From a bacterium (GTDB taxonomy: Bacteria > RBG-13-61-14 > DATKZS01), in contig CAXXFL010000007.1 of the NCBI GenBank assembly GCA_963674965.2, positions 832,001 to 896,000 on the forward strand: 64,000 nt of DNA, given 5' to 3'. Positions 58,612 through 64,000 of this stretch are shown one piece after another. The notes under the pieces are model-generated. The model was not told the DNA's origin and did not search any database. It worked only from the letters and a program-made list of their open reading frames with translations. Position 1 is the first letter of the stretch. Each line of letters opens with the position of its first letter. A program made the translations under genes and the position numbers.

Positions 58612-59415
58612 ATGGACCTGATCGGAAAATACCGGACCGTCGCCTTTCCCTTAAGCCGGCGGGCCATTCTCGACAGCCTCGAGGCGGGGAAGCGGGTGCA
58701 TCGCGTGACGGCCCTTCTCGAGTTCGACGTGACCCTGGCCCGTGAAAAGATCAGGCGGCGCAAAGACAAAGGGGAGGACCTCTCCTTTACCGCCTGGCTG
58801 GTCTCGGTGGTGGGAAAGGTCATGGCCGACAACAAGGCGATCAACGCCTACCGCCGGGGCTTTTCCAAGGTCATCGAGTTCGACGACGCGGACGTTTGCA
58901 TCGTGGTCGAGCGCGACCTGGGCGGTCTCAAGCAGCCCCTGCCCTACGTGGTCAGGCGGGCGAACGAGAAGACCCCGGCCGAGGTGACCCTCGAGATAAG
59001 GGCCGCCCAGGCCGAGCCGCTCGAGGGCGGCGGCCTGGTACTGGGCGACTCCTCGTTGCCGCCCTGGCTCGTCAAAGCCTGGCTCCACCTGCCCTCCTTC
59101 ATCCGAGGCCTCTTCTGGCGATACCTCCGATATGACGGAAAGCTGGCCAAAAAATTGATGGGAACGGCGGTCATAACCTCCATCGGCATGTACGGCAAGT
59201 TCCCCGGCTGGCCCATCCCCATCGGCGTCCATACCATCGACGTCGCCGTGGGCGGCTCCTATGAAAGGCCGGCCATGGTGGAAGGCGAGATCAAGCCCCG
59301 CCAGTTCCTCCGCGTCACCATCATGACCGACCACGACCTCGTGGACGGCGCCCCCGCCGCCCGCGTCATCAACGATATCACCGAGCTGATCGAGAGCGGA
59401 TGGGGACTGGATTAA
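58612..59415 (+). CDS. Stand-alone 2-oxoacid dehydrogenase E2-type acyltransferase catalytic domain
   Basis: EFDVT, SFTAW, ITSIGM, catalytic DHDLVDGAPAAR. No lipoyl domain. Confidence 0.85.
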   Translation: MDLIGKYRTVAFPLSRRAILDSLEAGKRVHRVTALLEFDVTLAREKIRRRKDKGEDLSFTAWLVSVVGKVMADNKAINAYRRGFSKVIEFDDADVCIVVERDLGGLKQPLPYVVRRANEKTPAEVTLEIRAAQAEPLEGGGLVLGDSSLPPWLVKAWLHLPSFIRGLFWRYLRYDGKLAKKLMGTAVITSIGMYGKFPGWPIPIGVHTIDVAVGGSYERPAMVEGEIKPRQFLRVTIMTDHDLVDGAPAARVINDITELIESGWGLD

Positions 59416-59591
59416 AGGAAGACTGGCGACATATGGCGTGAGGTACCAACTCGGCCCGAACGGTAAAAAATAGAGCGCAACCAAGACCGTTAAAAACTCA
59501 AAACGGCCGCGGCCGGAGGGAAGCGGCTATAATTATTACGCCCTTTCTCACTCGTGAAGCTACCACGTTTATCCTGCCGCCGGCCTATCAA

Positions 59592-60470
59592 TTACGGCTC
59601 ATACACGCATCTAAAACCTACGGTCTTGTTGCGTGATTTGATACGATGACTTATTGCTCTATTAGTGATAGAACATCTCGAAGGCGCACATCCCCAGCCC
59701 CCGCCCTTAATGATGGCGAATTGTCCAAATTTATTTGATAGAAAGCTTGATTCGAGCTTTCCCTTATTTGCCCATCCGCGTTCTTTGAACCTGTCTCTTG
59801 TCCATTCGTTGACGTTTCCGGCCATATCGAATACACCGTAAGGGCTTACGTTCTTCGGTAATGATCCTACTTTGCGTCCAAAAGTCGCGTCAGTGTCATT
59901 AGTCAGTGGACAGAAAAAAGCTGTCACGTATTCGCAGGTAAATTCATCTCCCCACGGAAATATCCTGTCATCGGTCCCCCGCGCCGCTTTTTCCCACTGG
60001 GCCTCAGTCGGGAGTTTTTTACCCGCCCATTCGCAGTATTTTTCTGCTTCGAAGTATGAAACGTCCGTCACGGGAAAATCGGGGTCGACGGGATTGGCCG
60101 AGAAAGGCGGAATTTGATTGCATCCTTTGTCTTTAACACATTCAAAAAACTGCCCACGCGTGACCTCATACTTGTCAATAAGATAGGAGTCTAAAGGCAT
60201 TTTTTTAGCCGGTCCGTCAAGATTGAAAATGTCTCGGTTACATAATTCATCCTTCAATGGGATATCGAGGGACTGGCATTGTTTAACGCTTTCTTCCACG
60301 TCTCTTCCCTTTGTAAATTCCCCCGCCGGGACAAAAAGCATTGGTCCGCCTTTTGTCCCCTTAGGATAGTATTCGACGTTCGTCGTGTATTTTTGGCTTA
60401 TCTATCCATGGCATGAAGTAAGGACCATGGCGACAATGACGTAATGTATGGTTTTCATTTTCATCCCCAT
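59592..60470 (-). pseudogene. FGE-sulfatase (SUMF1/EgtB) domain lipoprotein interrupted by an in-frame TAG
   Basis: IDKYEVT, PVTDVS, LPTEAQWEKAARG, DMAGNVNEW, GFRC. The frame extends upstream through TAG (60402-60404) to the lipoprotein signal MKMKTIHYVIVAMVLTSC. Confidence 0.75.
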
Positions 60471-60586
60471 GCTCGTTGAGGATACCCCGAAGGCGAGGCC
60501 CCGGGCAAATCTTCTCTGGGCTGGCAAGGAATATTGCGGTCCCCTCGCGTTTTATGCAAACCGGGCTGGCAGGACTGGAGCGCATA

Positions 60587-60825
60587 TTACCTTGCCAACA
60601 GGTCCGCCATGTCTTTTCCCGCCGAGTCGAATGGAGTCTCTCCACTTTTATTAACGATATGCACCAGTGCAAAGTTGTCGATCAGTAATTTCACCACGTC
60701 CCGAGAATCACTTCTTACCGCGAAATGCAGCGGAGCGTTTCCATCCTGGTCAATTGCGTTCACGTCGGCCCCATTCGAAATCAGTAACTCTACTATTTCC
60801 ATTGAACCATTTAGCGCCGCGGGAA
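60587..60825 (-). pseudogene. Ankyrin-repeat gene fragment (5'-truncated)
   Basis: AALNGSMEIVELLISNGADVNA.D.DG.APLHFAV...VVKLLI...NKSGETPFD. Begins mid-repeat with no RBS. Confidence 0.7.
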
Positions 60826-60868
60826 GGGAGAACCAAAAGTGTATGGGCCATGTACATTTCCCATCTTG

Positions 60869-60910
60869 CGGCTTGCGCCGCGCGCATAGCTATCCGCGCG
60901 GCGCAAGCCG
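60869..60910. repeat. 16-bp perfect inverted repeat
   Basis: CGGCTTGCGCCGCGCG-N10-CGCGCGGCGCAAGCCG. Confidence 0.75.
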
Positions 60911-60998
60911 TTGGATCGTTATGTACGCGCCCGGCGGACCATCGCCCCCTTTCCCGCGCCTTCGGCGCCCAGATAGCGGAGCTATCCGGGCCACCCGG

Positions 60999-62371
60999 GG
61001 TTTCTTGCGAAACCGGACGGGTCACCCATTACAGCCGTCGAGTGGTGATTGAATCGAAGTCGTAAATTTGGGATGGACGATAATTTTTTCGGCGGCTCTT
61101 ACCTACCGGAATAATTCGATTAGCCATATCGGTATACCGTCAAATTGGCCGATTCGTCAATTAGCGCTCCACAAAAATGCACCCGTTTCGCCATATATAG
61201 AAGGGCATTTTTTGCGAGGAGGAGAACATGCGATGGTTCAAGCATGAGGTGGACGCGGGCCGGGACTGGGCCAAGAGCGAGGTTATGGCAAAGTGCGGGC
61301 TCGAGGGCTACGGGCTTTATTATTATCTTATCGAGATACTGGCCGAGCGGGCGGAGGGGGAGGAGAACCGCGCCCTGACCCTTCCCGCCGGGGCCTGGGC
61401 AAAGCGGTGCGGGTTGTCCACGGTGAAGTTCAAGCGCATCGCCCGCGTCCTGGCCCGCAATTTTCTCATCAAACTATCCGAGACCCGGTCCGGCAAGATG
61501 ACCATACAATGCCGCCGCTGGATTTCGACCTGCCCCGAATGCCCGGCGGTGAAAGCCGGGTTGAAGGAACTGGACGAGTTCGACCGCGGCTTCTTCGGGA
61601 CCCCGGCCGAGCCGGAGCACGTGGGCTATCAAATACAGACGTGGCTAAAGACCGCCAAGGTCCCCGACTATCTTATTGACGTGCCGGACGAGGTCGTCGC
61701 CGGCCTTGATGAAATGTTCGTTCCTCGCGAGCGCGCCTTCGACCTGGCCTTCAGCTTCGGCCCGGCCCTTTTGATCGACGGTTTTTATTACGCCCGGGCC
61801 CACGCCGACGACGATTTCGAGGCTTTCCAGTTCCTGCTCCTGGTCTATCTTTTACGCGGCCCGGTTTACAGTCCTGTCAAAGGCAATCCCTATCTGGCTG
61901 AAGTCGAGAGCGACGGCGGCCTGGCCGCGATGGCATCGATGATCGAAAAATCCGGCTGGCCGGTCTTTCGCGCTGACTTCCTCGAGTCCGACTGCGCCCG
62001 CCCCCGTGACGGTCCTTGTCTGGCCTTTGGCAAAGGACGATCGCCTTGGTGGGGCGCCCCGGCCGGTTTTGCCAAAAACCGCCCGGGGCCGGTGGAGCCG
62101 GATAGGTGTATGGGCAGGTGGGAAATACGCGGTAACGAGAAATACGCGGCCCCGTACCCATCCCGCTTCGCGGGACCCGCGCGGTTTCTTACGAAACCGG
62201 ACGGGTCACCCGGCGTCCCGCGGCTTTCACGCGATGACGGCATGGCGATCCAAGTCAGGCCCCGGCGGCGCGACCCGCCTTGCTCTTTGACAATCGAATA
62301 CCGGGGGCGAGCCAGTACCCATCCGGCTCCGCCGGCCCCGGGCGGTTTCTTACGAAACCGGCCGGGCCACC
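60999..62371 (+). repeat. Dispersed ~29-nt hairpin direct repeat, three copies
   Basis: GGTTTCTTRCGAAACCGGMCGGGYCACC at 60999-61027, 62183-62211 and 62344-62371. Confidence 0.8.
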
Positions 62372-62412
62372 GCGCTCTTTTCGCTCCTTTAAAGCCCCGG
62401 ATGGGGCGATGA
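61228..62412 (+). CDS. Protein with phage replication-initiator-like (DUF4373/Lin1244-like) N-terminus; C-terminus probably spurious
   Basis: MRWFKH....D.........GLEGYGLYY.LIE.LA followed by an HTH-like segment. GAGGAGGAG RBS. The last third reads through repeat DNA. Confidence 0.5.
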   Translation: MRWFKHEVDAGRDWAKSEVMAKCGLEGYGLYYYLIEILAERAEGEENRALTLPAGAWAKRCGLSTVKFKRIARVLARNFLIKLSETRSGKMTIQCRRWISTCPECPAVKAGLKELDEFDRGFFGTPAEPEHVGYQIQTWLKTAKVPDYLIDVPDEVVAGLDEMFVPRERAFDLAFSFGPALLIDGFYYARAHADDDFEAFQFLLLVYLLRGPVYSPVKGNPYLAEVESDGGLAAMASMIEKSGWPVFRADFLESDCARPRDGPCLAFGKGRSPWWGAPAGFAKNRPGPVEPDRCMGRWEIRGNEKYAAPYPSRFAGPARFLTKPDGSPGVPRLSRDDGMAIQVRPRRRDPPCSLTIEYRGRASTHPAPPAPGGFLRNRPGHRALFAPLKPRMGR

Positions 62413-62658
62413 TCTACAGCCCAGGGTGGAGGACGCGCTCCGCGTCCGTAACCCTGGGTATGAGATCAAGCAAGAACCCGAGCGCTGAAGGCGCGGCGCA
62501 AAATTTCCAGCCAGGAAGATGGCCGTATTTTACCGGGCCTTTCCTCATTTTCGCCGTCCCTTTGGGACTCATTTGTTTACTACCATCTTCTCCCAGGGTT
62601 TTGGCCGCCGATCGCGGCCTCCACCCTGAGCTATAGACCGCCGTCCCTACGGGACTTA
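62394..62658. repeat. Second REP/REPIN-like composite palindromic element
   Basis: Inverted pairs AGCCCAGGGTGGAGG (62418-62432)/CCTCCACCCTGAGCT (62618-62632) and AACCCTGGG/CCCAGGGTT. Small hairpins GCCCCGGATGGGGC, GTCCCTTTGGGAC, GTCCCTACGGGAC. Confidence 0.7.
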
Positions 62659-62779
62659 TAGGGGAATAAAATTGCTAACAGCCGCGAGCGGGGCGTGGTA
62701 CCACGCGCGGTTTCTTTGCAATCGGGCGGGCCACCAGGCTGCCGGGTTGGGGCGGCGCCTCGCGGGCGTTTTCGTCGCC

Positions 62780-64000
62780 TTAATAGGCGGGCGGTCCCCA
62801 GTAGCCGAGGAGCTTGACGAGGAGGAGGGAGACGGCGGCCATGGCGGAGAGTCCGAGGAGGGAGAGCCAGAGGGGCCATCCCATCGTGAGGGGGGCGGAT
62901 ATAAAAAACAGGCCGAGCAGTATCACGGGTATGGTGAACAGGTTCATAATCGCCAGCTCGAGGGCGGCGGGGGTCTTGAAGTCGGGGTCCACCACGCGCA
63001 GGAGGAGGAGGCCGCTGGAGACCACGCCGGTGGTGGTGCCGTAGATGGCGAGGGTCCGCTCGAGGTTGTAGCGCCCGAGCCGTCTTCCGAAGAACATGAT
63101 GACCATGGTGGTGGAGACCCCGGCCAGGAGGGAGATAAGCCCGATGGGCAGGATGAATTTCCAGACCACGTCCACCTTGATGGCGGCCACGGTTGCCACG
63201 ATCAAAAAGTCGATGGACCAGCCGGTGATCCGCCTTTGCACGCCGGGGTCCACGAGGCGGACCGCGCCCATCCGCTTCATGATCGCCCGCACCATAAGGG
63301 CCAGGGCCAGGCCGAAGAAGAAAAAGAAGCCCCACAACGTCTCGGCCAGGTCACCGCCCACCAGCCCGCCCAGGCCGCGGACGATGAAATAGCCCAAAAC
63401 GTAAACCAGCCCCACCAGCGCGGCCTGAAAGGCGAGGGTGTCCACGTTGGCCGAGTTGAGGGTGAGCCGTCCCGCTTCTTCCGGCTCCTTGTCCGCGGGG
63501 TTTATCCCGGTGAGGACCTCGGGGGGAATCTCGGCGAACTTCCTCGTCCCGATGCCCTTTCTCATGCCCCGGTTGGCGATGGGCACGCCCACGAAAAAGG
63601 CGAAGAAGAAGCCCATGGCCGCGAAGGTCAGGCCCACGGTCGATCCGAACTCGAAGCCCTTTGACTCCCACACGGCGCCGATGGACAGGGCCTGGCCGGG
63701 CCCTTCATTGAAGCCGAGGGGGGCCAGGAAGCCGAAGGTCGGAAAAAGCTCGGTCCCCACAAGGCCGAGGGCGATCACCACCAGGCCGCCCATAATTCCC
63801 TGAAGCGGAAAGGCGATCCCCTGCATGAGGGCCATCCAGCCCGCGCCCCTTAAAAAGCCGCCGCCCCCGTCGCCCTCCTCCTTTTCCGACCCGGTCAGGA
63901 CCATGCCCAGTATGCCGCCGGCCAGGCAACTGGGCAGGAGGAAGCGCTGGAGGGCCCGCGCCCTGGCCCGGGCCACGATGCCCGCCAGGAGCATGACGGA
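62780..64000 (-). CDS. Sodium:glutamate symporter (GltS/ESS) family protein, start outside the window
   Basis: LQRFLLPS.LAGG, GFNEGPGQA, GLTFA.MG, YGTTTG...GLLLLRVVDP. Highly hydrophobic. Confidence 0.8.
   Translation of the reverse strand, partial: SVMLLAGIVARARARALQRFLLPSCLAGGILGMVLTGSEKEEGDGGGGFLRGAGWMALMQGIAFPLQGIMGGLVVIALGLVGTELFPTFGFLAPLGFNEGPGQALSIGAVWESKGFEFGSTVGLTFAAMGFFFAFFVGVPIANRGMRKGIGTRKFAEIPPEVLTGINPADKEPEEAGRLTLNSANVDTLAFQAALVGLVYVLGYFIVRGLGGLVGGDLAETLWGFFFFFGLALALMVRAIMKRMGAVRLVDPGVQRRITGWSIDFLIVATVAAIKVDVVWKFILPIGLISLLAGVSTTMVIMFFGRRLGRYNLERTLAIYGTTTGVVSSGLLLLRVVDPDFKTPAALELAIMNLFTIPVILLGLFFISAPLTMGWPLWLSLLGLSAMAAVSLLLVKLLGYWGPPAY

Noticed and set aside
59416-60870. Integron cassettes
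   Set aside because: No RYYYAAC...GTTRRRY attC pairs after the AT-rich genes and no integrase.
60999-62371. CRISPR array
   Set aside because: Only three repeats, with spacing of 1184 and 161 nt, and no cas genes.
59416-62700. Diversity-generating retroelement targeting the FGE-sulfatase gene
   Set aside because: The fold is a known DGR target, but no reverse transcriptase and no template copy of its 3' end are visible.

Overview
High-GC window from an anaerobic bacterium; the gene families resemble those of deltaproteobacteria (Desulfobacterota/Myxococcota-like). In order it contains: (1) a TetR-headed minus-strand operon built around an unassigned glycyl-radical enzyme (GRE) and its activase, with a double-SDR fusion, an acetoacetate-decarboxylase-fold protein, an acyl-CoA dehydrogenase with Asp at the catalytic Glu position and a secreted START-fold protein; (2) rpmE, prfA, a tandem-PilZ protein and sdhCAB; (3) a Wood-Ljungdahl cluster (folD, acsV, a HydABC/NuoEFG-like flavin/Fe-S module with no catalytic subunit, cooC, a 73-aa unknown, acsD, cooS/acsA, acsB, acsC, acsE, DUF3786), with fhs 16 kb away and no metF in the window; (4) a sigma-54 signalling region with 3 histidine kinases, 6 receiver domains, a receiver-DASS transporter fusion, a second DASS permease, a receiver-CBS protein, glgC and a paralogue of the phasin-like gene; (5) a class III PHA cluster (phaEC); (6) a decaying accessory stretch (amber-interrupted FGE-sulfatase lipoprotein, ankyrin fragment, phage-replication-like ORF, hairpin repeats, REP-like element) and a partial Na+/glutamate symporter gene. 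No rRNA, tRNA or CRISPR array was seen. The best candidates for an undescribed system are the GRE operon, the sigma-54/DASS/carbon-storage region and the catalytic-subunit-less bifurcating-type module in the acs cluster. All assignments come from motif recognition by eye; no database searches were run.
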